The notes: generated from the sequence alone by a model not told the origin. Shown: positions 1 to 7,790, numbered from the stretch's first letter. The stretch is 64,000 nucleotides of DNA from Deltaproteobacteria bacterium (GCA_030018495.1 JASEFS010000018.1:7591-71590); one strand, 5' to 3'. Numbers and translations: made by a program.

Positions 1-71
1 CGGAAATCACATTGCCGCCTATAAATATGAGAAAGCGAAGCCGATTATAGCACTGCTACTTTTGAACTTTA

Positions 72-106
72 AATCACGAAAAGGCCCGGTGATGTTCGGG
101 CCCCTT
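72..106 (-). terminator. Rho-independent terminator candidate (end of antiporter/USP transcription unit)
   Basis: Minus strand reads GGGGCCCG-AACATCAC-CGGGCC followed by TTTTCGTGATTT, about 130 nt past the stop of the 234..671 ORF. Confidence 0.5.
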
Positions 107-233
107 CATAGTCATATCGCTGAAGAGACTGACCACGCCCGCAAGGATGATGAATTTTCAGGCCGCGGCTTGGGTTGAGGCTGTTGGCTTCCGGCTGTTT
201 TTGTTCATAAGGAGATTGGGGAAGGCTTCAGCC

Positions 234-671
234 TTAAGGGCCGGGGGTCAGCAATTCTTTGATATGGTCTAAATACCGGAGTATTTGATGGGCCCTGGGG
301 TCCAGGTAATCGATCAGTTCCGGCGGCGGTTCGCCAAAACCTCGCAGGTACTTGCCGGTCATTTCCGTGACGTCCACCCAGAGCAGGTAGCAGTGCCCCA
401 GGATGGTTTTGGCAACGTCCAGAGGGCTGGCTTCCAGGTGCAGGGAATCCCTTAATTCCTGCACGATGTCGCGGATGGCGGCAATATCCGCCGATAACTG
501 CGGCCGCCTTTCGGGATCAAGATTATTGGCTTCGTGGTAAAGGACGGAGTGCACTTCCCGCCCTTGGGCCCACTCCTGGAATTTAACCAAAGCTTCATCC
601 AACAGGGTGAGGGTTATCCGGATCCGGCTTCTCTGCGCCTCGCCAAGATTGGGGATGGGTCCCCTCTGCAT
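234..671 (-). CDS. hypothetical protein (145 aa)
   Basis: Uninterrupted ORF with a 42-nt gap to the upstream USP gene on the same strand; no family recognised. Confidence 0.6.
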   Translation of the reverse strand: MQRGPIPNLGEAQRSRIRITLTLLDEALVKFQEWAQGREVHSVLYHEANNLDPERRPQLSADIAAIRDIVQELRDSLHLEASPLDVAKTILGHCYLLWVDVTEMTGKYLRGFGEPPPELIDYLDPRAHQILRYLDHIKELLTPGP

Positions 672-713
672 GCCGCACTTTTCCTGTCAGGTTGTGGCGT
701 TTAACGAGGCTTG

Positions 714-1136
714 CTAACGCACGATGAGGACGCTACAAGGCGCGTGCCGGCTGACTTTTTCAGCAGTGGTGCCCAAGAAGGCGGCCCAGACCCCGGAGAG
801 CCCGGTATGGCCCACCAGCACTAAGTCGAACTTCCCTTCTCTGGCCACCTCCACAATAGTCTTGGCGGGATGTCCGGGCCGCATGATGGTTTTCAGCTCT
901 ATGCCGGCCTCTTGCGCCTGGGTGCGGGCTGATCTCAAAAGCTCGCCGTACTGCTGATCAGCAAACGCTTTTTCCTCCTGGACTTCATCAATGGTGCCGG
1001 CAAACTTGGGCAAGCCTTCCTGCACCGACAAGGCAACAAGCTCAGCCCCGTGAATTTTTGCCAGATTAATTCCCGCGTTCAGGGCTTTATTGGCCCCCTC
1101 CGAGCCGTCGTAGGCCAGCAAGATTTTTTTGTACAT
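714..1136 (-). CDS. universal stress protein (UspA family)
   Basis: 140 aa. N-terminal KKILLAYDGSE and C-terminal VGHTGLSG...VSRHAPCSVLIVR are typical Usp ATP-binding signatures. Confidence 0.85.
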   Translation of the reverse strand: MYKKILLAYDGSEGANKALNAGINLAKIHGAELVALSVQEGLPKFAGTIDEVQEEKAFADQQYGELLRSARTQAQEAGIELKTIMRPGHPAKTIVEVAREGKFDLVLVGHTGLSGVWAAFLGTTAEKVSRHAPCSVLIVR

Positions 1137-1322
1137 GTCGCCCCTCCAGAGCCGCTTTTTTAACCAGGGTCAGGCTGTTTTTAAGAAGGTAATTTCCCCC
1201 GGGCCGACAACCACGATCCGGTATGGCACCGGCCCGGGGGGGGTCCCCTAAAAGGGAGCGCTCATGGCCGCGCCCCTTTGTAGGCCAGGCAGTGAAGAAA
1301 CCTAAGAACATCGCGGGAGTGG

Positions 1323-2528
1323 TTACTCATCCGGCATATGCAGGAAGTGCTCGGTGGAGCCGATAAATTCCAGCTCGTATTCCCGGCCCAAGTTTACTTC
1401 CCGGGGCTGGAACCACACCTGTGCGATAATGGTTGGAACCACCGCCGAGGCGATGACGCCCGTCACCAAAATGGAGTACTGGTCTTGGTCAACATAGCCG
1501 TGGGTAAGGCCGAAGAGAGCGGAGATGCTGCCGAAAGTCAGGCCGGTTGCCATGAGCAGGGTGGTATAATTGCTCTCCCGCAGAGGCAGGCCGAAGAGCC
1601 GGCAGAGAGGCCAGATGCCCACAATTTTAGTAATCATCTTGGCCCAAAAAAGTGCCACGAGAATCCCAAAGCCGGCCACCAGGGCGGGCAAAGACACAAG
1701 GGTGCCGGCCTTGATGAAAAAGAAGGGGGTGAGCAAGGCGAAGGTGATGGCCCGCATGCGGTGGAGCATCACCTTGTCCTGAACGAACAGTCCGGCGATG
1801 ACCATGCCGAACAAGTAGGCTGGCAAGACCGCTTCACTGCGGGCCGTGACCGCCAGGGCCCCCAAGATGCAAAGCACCAGGAATATGAATTTAATTTCCG
1901 GCTCAATGACCCGGCCGCTCCAACGGGCAAAGGCCCAGCGGCAGATGGAGGGCAGCCGCCACAAGGCCACCACGGTCACCACCACAAAGACTATCAGCCA
2001 ACGATCATACTCGGCAAAAATCAACCCCAGGGCCAACACGGTCCCCAAATCGGTAACAAAGCAGGCCGTCAGGATGAGCTTTCCCAATTCGGTGTTGTTC
2101 AGCCCGGTCTCCACCATCACCGCGTAGACCACGGCCATGGAAGTGGTGGACAGGGCAATGCCCGCGATCTGGGCGGATTGCGGCTGCCACCCGCCGATGT
2201 AATAAGCATAGGCCATGCAGCCCAGGAAGGGGAACAGGAACGACATGGCGCCGATGGCCAGGCTGGGTCTCCACAGGCGTCGAAAGGCCTCGGGCTCGAT
2301 CTCGGCCCCGGCCAGGAAGGTCAGGACCACCGAAGCAAAGCCGGCCAAAAAATTGATCCAGGGGGTGGGCTTGAAAATGCCCCAGCCGAAGTAGGCGCCC
2401 AGGTTGCCCGCCACAAATCCCAGAAAAATCTCCACCAGCGCCACAGAAATGCCCAAGCGTATGGAGATGAGGCTGGCTAAAAGGGCTACACCGATCCAGG
2501 CCGCGGCGGTATACCAAACTTGTTCCAC
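1323..2528 (-). CDS. cation:proton antiporter (Na+/H+ exchanger family, CPA2-like)
   Basis: 401 aa, about 11-12 hydrophobic helices, sequence style of Na_H_Exchanger/Kef-type membrane domains; no C-terminal KTN domain. Confidence 0.8.
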   Translation of the reverse strand: MEQVWYTAAAWIGVALLASLISIRLGISVALVEIFLGFVAGNLGAYFGWGIFKPTPWINFLAGFASVVLTFLAGAEIEPEAFRRLWRPSLAIGAMSFLFPFLGCMAYAYYIGGWQPQSAQIAGIALSTTSMAVVYAVMVETGLNNTELGKLILTACFVTDLGTVLALGLIFAEYDRWLIVFVVVTVVALWRLPSICRWAFARWSGRVIEPEIKFIFLVLCILGALAVTARSEAVLPAYLFGMVIAGLFVQDKVMLHRMRAITFALLTPFFFIKAGTLVSLPALVAGFGILVALFWAKMITKIVGIWPLCRLFGLPLRESNYTTLLMATGLTFGSISALFGLTHGYVDQDQYSILVTGVIASAVVPTIIAQVWFQPREVNLGREYELEFIGSTEHFLHMPDE

Positions 2529-2574
2529 GTGAACCCTCCGCTTCTTCTTTTTTCCGGTCTCTCAAGAATGAATT

Positions 2575-2868
2575 TTACGATGAGTCTTTGGCATCATCAT
2601 CGACGATGGTTTCCCATTCCTCTCGAAAAGAATCCTTGTCAGTGAATGTCAAAGCAACAGTTTCCTCTGACTCGGGAGGCATATAATCCGATTCTTTCTG
2701 CAATACCAGCTTGACTGCCGGGATGTGCTCGGACTTGTCCTCTTGTCTCATTTCCTCAGCGCGCACATCTTCGGTGCCGGTTGAGTCCCAGGGAATCCTG
2801 CGGCCTCTGAGCTTCTGGATAAGGGCATAGGCCAGCAAGCCCACATAAATGATTACGACCAGGTCCAT
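2575..2868 (-). CDS. small membrane-anchored acidic protein (97 aa), first gene after fluoride riboswitch 1
   Basis: The ORF track starts at 2925, but that extension overlaps the riboswitch terminator. ATG at 2868 (MDLVVIIYVGLL...) is preceded by a GGGAGG SD. One N-terminal TM helix, then an acidic tail. Confidence 0.55.
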   Translation of the reverse strand: MDLVVIIYVGLLAYALIQKLRGRRIPWDSTGTEDVRAEEMRQEDKSEHIPAVKLVLQKESDYMPPESEETVALTFTDKDSFREEWETIVDDDAKDSS

Positions 2869-2902
2869 CCTGCCTCCCTTTGGGAGTATCCCAGGAAAGG
2901 CC

Positions 2903-3001
2903 AATAAAAAAACCCCTGTCCCCACCGGTAGTGAGAACAGGAGTCATCAGCTCGAGGCGCAGTTCGGCCGGTACGTTACCCGCCGGGCGGACTCCATCAC
3001 C
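2903..3001 (-). promoter_or_regulatory. fluoride riboswitch 1 (crcB motif, variant with enlarged internal region) plus competing terminator
   Basis: Minus strand: GGUGAUGGAGUCCGCC ... GAAC ... GCUGAUGACUCCUG. The P1 loop GGAGUC is complementary to downstream GACUCC (pseudoknot). CUCCUGUUCUCAC-UACCG-GUGGGGACAGGGG-UUUUUUU forms a terminator whose 5' arm reuses the pseudoknot strand. Confidence 0.7.
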
Positions 3002-3009
3002 TGGTTGAT

Positions 3010-3037
3010 TTTATAAACCCAGGCACCGGAATGTCAA
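3010..3037 (-). promoter_or_regulatory. sigma70-like promoter for riboswitch 1 operon
   Basis: Minus strand TTGACA (3037-3032), 16 nt, TATAAA (3015-3010), 8 nt before the first aptamer G at 3001. Confidence 0.6.
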
Positions 3038-3071
3038 TAAAGTGATATTGTGAACTTTATTTATTCTAAAA

Positions 3072-3100
3072 TTGACAAAAATAGGAGGCACTCTTAAATT
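3072..3100 (+). promoter_or_regulatory. sigma70-like promoter for riboswitch 2 operon
   Basis: TTGACA (3072-3077), 17 nt, TAAATT (3095-3100), 10 nt before the aptamer start at 3111. Confidence 0.6.
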
Positions 3101-3110
3101 AAAATTAATC

Positions 3111-3196
3111 GGCAATGAGGTCTGCCGCAAACCGCCCCGCTTGCTCAGGGCGGGGATGATGACTTCTGTCCAACGGGCAGAAGTCATTTTTTTTCT
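3111..3196 (+). promoter_or_regulatory. fluoride riboswitch 2 (crcB motif) plus competing terminator
   Basis: GGCAAUGAGGUCUGCC-GCAAAC-CGCCCCGC(UUGCUCA)GGGCGGGG-AUGAUGACUUCUG. Loop GAGGUC pairs with GACUUC. Terminator AUGACUUCUG-UCCAACGGG-CAGAAGUCAU followed by U8 overlaps the pseudoknot strand. Confidence 0.85.
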
Positions 3197-3225
3197 GCCG
3201 CTCACTTTAAAAAGGAGGGACCGCC

Positions 3226-3510
3226 ATGAAGGAGTTTGATGAAATCATTCGGGAAAAGGGGCTGCCCCGCGTGGGGCAGACGGTGCGCAGCAAGAAGTAC
3301 GGCACTCTTTGGCGAGTCATGGAAAAAAGAGAAATATGGCAGTCCATCGCCGATGACCCCCAAACCGGGGAACCGCGTATGATACCGGCTATTTTTTTAT
3401 CTTACTGGAAAATGCAGGAGGGCGGCCAGCCCGGTACCGGAAAAGTCATGGGATTTACCTATACCCTCTATGACAACACCTTTGCGACGCACTGGGAGGT
3501 TGTGCCCTGA
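3226..3510 (+). CDS. conserved small protein of unknown function (94 aa), paralog A, directly behind fluoride riboswitch 2
   Basis: AAGGAGGG SD 6 nt upstream of the ATG. About 72 of 94 residues are identical to the 9770..10057 product by manual alignment. Confidence 0.8.
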   Translation: MKEFDEIIREKGLPRVGQTVRSKKYGTLWRVMEKREIWQSIADDPQTGEPRMIPAIFLSYWKMQEGGQPGTGKVMGFTYTLYDNTFATHWEVVP

Positions 3511-3645
3511 CCTCCAAAGGATGGGTTAAAGGACATCGAAATGCTGGCATTGGAGTGTTGTTGATGACCGATATTGAATCATCCGATCCCCGAAAAATCT
3601 TCAATGGCCCCCCCTCTATCAGGAGAACCGGAAGGAGGTCCGACG

Positions 3646-3864
3646 ATGGGGAAGATTATCGAGCTCCGCCTGACCAAGAAGGCTGTTTACCGGGCCGCGG
3701 TAAAGGAAATGAATAAAATGTATCAGCTCTCTGCGGGCGGCACGGACCCGATCATCGATGAGGCGTCCAGATGGGCGTTTGAAAGAGGCGAAATAGACGA
3801 AGTGATATGGAAGGATTGGGGGTCTTACTGCGTAATGATGTTAAACAGAATAGGAAAAATCTAA
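3646..3864 (+). CDS. hypothetical small protein (72 aa)
   Basis: ATG at 3646 preceded by GGAAGGAGG; the longer track ORF from 3574 lacks an SD. No family recognised. Confidence 0.5.
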   Translation: MGKIIELRLTKKAVYRAAVKEMNKMYQLSAGGTDPIIDEASRWAFERGEIDEVIWKDWGSYCVMMLNRIGKI

Positions 3865-3958
3865 CTAGATAAGTTACTTAAAGAATCCTAAAAAGGCGAG
3901 ACTCTTTAATGTTCAGCAATGTGAAATAAATCTCAAACTATTAAGGAGGAACAGGATT

Positions 3959-5740
3959 ATGGCTAAGTATGACCCCACTAAAATGGAAGACTGGCAAATC
4001 GGTGAGCTCGCCGAAGAGGAGCTGGATTTCAACCGGCAATGTGACAAAATCGGCATCCTGCCCGAAGAGCGCATCCCCATGGGTCGGAAAATCGGCAAAG
4101 TTGACTACATGGCCATCCTGGAGCGCCTCAAGGACAGACCGGACGGCTATTATATCGATATCACCGCCATCACCCCTACTCCCCTGGGAGAGGGTAAGAC
4201 CGTGACCACCATGGGGTTGATTGAAGGCCTGGGCAAGCGGGGCGTGAACGTGGGCGGTGCCATCCGCCAGCCCTCGGGCGGCCCCACCATGAACATCAAG
4301 GGCACCGCGGCGGGCAGCGGCATAGCGCTCTTGATCCCGATGACCGACTTCTCCCTGGGACTCACCGGCGACATCAACGCCATCATGATCGCCAACAATT
4401 TAGCCATGGTGGCCCTGACCTCCCGGCTGCAGCACGAGTTCAATTACGATGATGAGCAACTGGCCAAAATCCCTCTCAAACGCTTGAACATCGATCCCAG
4501 AAGGGTGGAGATGAAATGGTGCTTTGACCTGTGCGCCCAGTCGCTGCGCAACATCACCATCGGCCGGGGCAGCAAGATGGACGGCTACATGATGGACTCC
4601 GGCTTCGTCATCGCGGTGGCCTCGGAAGTGATGGCCATCCTCTCCATGTTCAAAGACCTGCCGGACCTGCGCAAGAGGTTGGGCGAAATCACCGTGGCCT
4701 ATGACAAGAAGGGCAACCCGATTACCACCGAGGACCTGGAGTGCGCCGGGGCCATGACCGCCTGGATGTTTAAGACCATCAACCCCACTCTGTGCGCCAC
4801 CGTGGAATTGCAGCCGGTCTTCGTGCATGCCGGGCCCTTCGGCAACATCGCGGTGGCCCAGTCTTCCATCGTCGCCTGCCGGACCGGTCTGAAGCTCTTT
4901 GACTACCATTGCACTGAGTCCGGCTTCGGCTGCGACCTGGGCTTCGAGAAATTCTGGAACATCAAATGCCGGGAAAGCGGGCTCAAACCCAACGTAGCGG
5001 TGCTTACCAGCTCCATCCGGGCCCTCAAGCACCACGGGGTCAACGCCGGGGCTCTGCCCGTCCGGCCGGGAAAGCCCATTCCCCAGGAGTATTACACCTC
5101 CACCCCCGAGACTTTGGCCTGGCTGGAGGACGGCCTCAAGAACCTGGTCCACAACATCAATATCGTCAAGCAGTCCGGCATCAAGCCGGTGATCTCCATC
5201 AACCGCTTCCCCACCGATACCGATGAGGAGGTCAAGATGGTCAAACGGTGCGCCGAGGCCGAAGGGGTCCGGGCCGCGGAGGGCAACTACTGGCGCTATG
5301 GGGGTGAGGGAGCCCTGGAATTGGCTGACGCGGTCATCGACGCCTGCAAAGAGAAGGTGGACTTCCGGTTCCTTTATCCTACGGAGATGCCGCTGCGCCA
5401 AAAGATTGAAACCATCGCCACCAAAGTGTATGGAGCCAGCGGAGTAGTTTATACGCCCGAAGCTGAGGCCAAGGCGAAGGCTTTTGAAGCCGATCCCAAG
5501 TTCAAAGATTATCACGTAATGATGGTGAAGACGCATCTGTCGTTGACCCACGATCCCACCCGGAAGGGCGTCCCCAAGGGCTGGGACCTGGCGGTCCGGG
5601 ACTTTCTGCTGTACAGCGGCGCCAAGTACATCTGTCCATGTACCGGCACCATCTCACTTATGCCCGGCACCAGCTCCAACCCGGCCTTCCGGAGGGTGGA
5701 CGTGAATCTCGAGACCGGCAAACCTTACGGCCTGTTCTAA
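3959..5740 (+). CDS. fhs: formate--tetrahydrofolate ligase (divergent FTHFS family member)
   Basis: 593 aa. Contains [10 protein letters not shown](V)TT P-loop, [37 protein letters not shown] and a C-terminal GLF, collinear with canonical FTHFS. The glycine-rich loop is altered ([18 protein letters not shown]). Confidence 0.85.
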   Translation: MAKYDPTKMEDWQIGELAEEELDFNRQCDKIGILPEERIPMGRKIGKVDYMAILERLKDRPDGYYIDITAITPTPLGEGKTVTTMGLIEGLGKRGVNVGGAIRQPSGGPTMNIKGTAAGSGIALLIPMTDFSLGLTGDINAIMIANNLAMVALTSRLQHEFNYDDEQLAKIPLKRLNIDPRRVEMKWCFDLCAQSLRNITIGRGSKMDGYMMDSGFVIAVASEVMAILSMFKDLPDLRKRLGEITVAYDKKGNPITTEDLECAGAMTAWMFKTINPTLCATVELQPVFVHAGPFGNIAVAQSSIVACRTGLKLFDYHCTESGFGCDLGFEKFWNIKCRESGLKPNVAVLTSSIRALKHHGVNAGALPVRPGKPIPQEYYTSTPETLAWLEDGLKNLVHNINIVKQSGIKPVISINRFPTDTDEEVKMVKRCAEAEGVRAAEGNYWRYGGEGALELADAVIDACKEKVDFRFLYPTEMPLRQKIETIATKVYGASGVVYTPEAEAKAKAFEADPKFKDYHVMMVKTHLSLTHDPTRKGVPKGWDLAVRDFLLYSGAKYICPCTGTISLMPGTSSNPAFRRVDVNLETGKPYGLF

Positions 5741-5784
5741 ATGAGGCTTTTTACCACAGGAACCCAGAGTCTAAGGTGTTTTCT

Positions 5785-5813
5785 CGGCTCCCGGGGGCAA
5801 TCTCCGGGAGCCG
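5785..5813. terminator. GC-rich hairpin between convergent fhs and chrB-like genes (possible terminator, no clear U-run)
   Basis: CGGCTCCCGG-GGGCAATCT-CCGGGAGCCG, a perfect 10-bp stem. Confidence 0.3.
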
Positions 5814-5906
5814 GGTGGGCCTATCATACCTAATCCGGCAAGAAAACTTTGGAGGCCTGCCCGGGGTAACTCACTTCTAATTACAAGCACTTGGCCGCCT
5901 GCATAA

Positions 5907-6437
5907 CTAAATTTTGGCTTGGGTGCGCTCATAAACTTTTCTTGCAAAATCATCAAGCATCTTTTCACAAATTTTTATCTTCTCCAAAGCGGTTTTCCTA
6001 AGAGGAGCCTTAATTACATCCCGTTTTTCCACTTTTCTGAACCACTGCTTTAATTTTTCCAGTTCTTCCTCGTTTTCCTCGACTTCCGCGAAGATGAAGT
6101 TCTGTCTTTGAATTTCATATTCCATCTCTTTAAAATAAGCTTCACACTTGTCTATAATTTCCTTATACTCTTCATTTCTGGACTCGGTAAAAGCTTCGAC
6201 GATGAGTTCTTCTTGCTCTTTACTGAGAATTTTTCCCACAATTAACAAGCCCATTCCTTTGAATCCTTTAATATTTTCGATAAGCTTATTGAATTCATTG
6301 ACTCGTTCTGAAGAATACGGGGCCACCCATACCGTCTGGTAGTTGACGGCTCCAATTTTTCTCAACTGCCGCCAAACAAAGACCCTGGCTTTGGAAGGGG
6401 TTGTCGGCAAACTATACGAAAAGAACAGCCATTTCAT
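5907..6437 (-). CDS. ChrB N-terminal-domain-like protein (176 aa)
   Basis: N-terminus MKWLFFSYSLPTTPSKARVFVWRQLRKIGAV resembles the ChrB_N signature (SLPt..s..R...WR.L...GA). The gene is markedly AT-richer than its neighbours. Confidence 0.55.
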   Translation of the reverse strand: MKWLFFSYSLPTTPSKARVFVWRQLRKIGAVNYQTVWVAPYSSERVNEFNKLIENIKGFKGMGLLIVGKILSKEQEELIVEAFTESRNEEYKEIIDKCEAYFKEMEYEIQRQNFIFAEVEENEEELEKLKQWFRKVEKRDVIKAPLRKTALEKIKICEKMLDDFARKVYERTQAKI

Positions 6438-6563
6438 GGAAATACGCCGCCTACCCCCCAGAATGCGAAGTCCCGTCTCCGGGTGGCGTCGGTCGGAAGG
6501 AAATCCGGCAGGGAGCCACCCGACTACTCACTGAGTCCATGCGATTGCGGCATTATATCATCT

Positions 6564-7529
6564 TCAAATCTTCAGGCCCAACATGACTGTTCCGACCACG
6601 AACAGAACATAAAGGGCCATGAGGGTAATGCCCACCCAGCGAGGCGTATGGCCCCGCCAAACGATTATCAGCAAAATGAGCCAACTCAAGGCCACGGCGG
6701 GGAAAAAATAATCCAAAGCCACCGCTTCCACCGTCAGGGGGCGGATCAGGGCGCAAATTCCCAAGGTAAACAGCAGTTGAAAAAAAGAACTGCCCGCGAC
6801 GTTTCCGATAACCACTTCCGGGTGTCCCTTTTGGGCCGGGATGATGGCTTCCACCAATTCCACGGAATTGGCGGCGATGGCCAGCAGGGTCAAACCGAGA
6901 ATGGTCTCCGCGATGCCGGTCCAGATTAGGACCGCTTTCACCCCCTTGATCACCAGGAGAGCGCCCACCACCAAGCCGATGAGCCCGCCCACCAACATGA
7001 GGGGGAAGTGCCAGGCCGGCTCCCGGATGATCTTCTCCACCTCTTCTTCCGCTTCCTCAATCTCCTCCTTGGCAGCCCTGGTTCGCCGCAAGTCGGTGAT
7101 CAGGTAAGCCATGAAAGCCCCGTAAACTCCCAGGACAATAAAGCCATCGGGACGGCTGATCTCCCCGTCAAAGGCCAAAAGGAAAACCAGCAGGAGGACG
7201 CCGCCCAGCATCCAAATGTATTTCAGGGGGAAATCAGGGTGTCTGATGGGAAAAAGGGCCGCCGCCGAGCCCAGGGCGAGAAATATTAAAAAGATAACCG
7301 TGCCCAGGATACTGCCGAAGGCCAGGGCCGTCAGGTGCTGGTAAGCGCCGATGACTGCCGGGGCAAATTCCTCCAGGTCGATGCTGATGATCAGCATGGC
7401 CAGAACAAACGGCGTTACTGCCAAACGGGCGGCCAGGCCGACCAACCCCTCTACCAGGTACTTGGCCGCGAAGATGAGGATCAACACACCGACCAGCAAT
7501 GAGCCGATATTTATATAAAGATTTTCCAC
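6564..7529 (-). CDS. Ca2+/cation antiporter family protein (CaCA, YrbG-like)
   Basis: 321 aa, two hydrophobic halves separated by an acidic loop (EEIEEAEEEVE). Alpha-repeat-like GSILGTVIF and GNVAGSSFF motifs. GTG start with a GGAGG SD. Confidence 0.75.
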   Translation of the reverse strand: MENLYINIGSLLVGVLILIFAAKYLVEGLVGLAARLAVTPFVLAMLIISIDLEEFAPAVIGAYQHLTALAFGSILGTVIFLIFLALGSAAALFPIRHPDFPLKYIWMLGGVLLLVFLLAFDGEISRPDGFIVLGVYGAFMAYLITDLRRTRAAKEEIEEAEEEVEKIIREPAWHFPLMLVGGLIGLVVGALLVIKGVKAVLIWTGIAETILGLTLLAIAANSVELVEAIIPAQKGHPEVVIGNVAGSSFFQLLFTLGICALIRPLTVEAVALDYFFPAVALSWLILLIIVWRGHTPRWVGITLMALYVLFVVGTVMLGLKI

Positions 7530-7564
7530 AGTTGCCTCCAGAAAGACAGTTGCCTCCAGAAAGA
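7529..7564. repeat. perfect 18-bp tandem duplication (2 copies) covering the SD of the CaCA gene
   Basis: cagttgcctccagaaaga occurs at 7529-7546 and again at 7547-7564. Confidence 0.95.
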
Positions 7565-7626
7565 AAAAGTCTTAGAGATAATTGAAATAAATGATACATA
7601 TATAGAATAAGAAAATCAAATAATAT

Positions 7627-7644
7627 ATGTAATAATTATTACAT
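7627..7644. promoter_or_regulatory. perfect 18-bp palindrome, candidate operator in the CaCA/chrB-like upstream region
   Basis: ATGTAATAA|TTATTACAT is exactly self-complementary and sits in an AT-rich intergenic region. Confidence 0.3.
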
Positions 7645-7751
7645 TTTTAATGGAAAGGCTTACCTTGAAGCCCTTTAAAGTTTGCCCGATGAAAAGACTT
7701 AACGTAATAATTTTCTTAAAAAATGTTTATTTTAGACAAAATTTCTTCTAA

Positions 7752-7780
7752 TTGACAATTGGGCAGGAATATTTTAATTT
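7752..7780 (+). promoter_or_regulatory. sigma70-like promoter for riboswitch 3 operon
   Basis: TTGACA (7752-7757), 17 nt, TAATTT (7775-7780), 10 nt before the aptamer. Shares AATTGACAA with the riboswitch 2 promoter. Confidence 0.6.
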
Positions 7781-7790
7781 CATCTACAAA

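Noticed and set aside
1338-2480. 380-aa plus-strand ORF (His/Gly/Gln-rich)
   Set aside because: It is antisense to the well-supported cation/H+ antiporter gene, with low-complexity composition.
2869-2925. N-terminal extension of the small membrane protein ORF (track start 2925)
   Set aside because: The extension runs through the terminator stem and U-tract of fluoride riboswitch 1 and has no SD; the internal ATG at 2868 has a GGGAGG SD.
4400-5551. 383-aa minus-strand ORF
   Set aside because: It is antisense to the formate-THF ligase gene and has no motifs.
7650-7725. Possible fourth fluoride riboswitch on the minus strand upstream of the CaCA gene (…UCAUCGGGCAAACUUUAAAGGGCUUCAAGGUAAGCCUUUCC…)
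   Set aside because: It contains an AAAC and a hairpin but lacks the GGnGAUG P1/pseudoknot pair, the 3' GAUGA-pseudoknot strand and any terminator.
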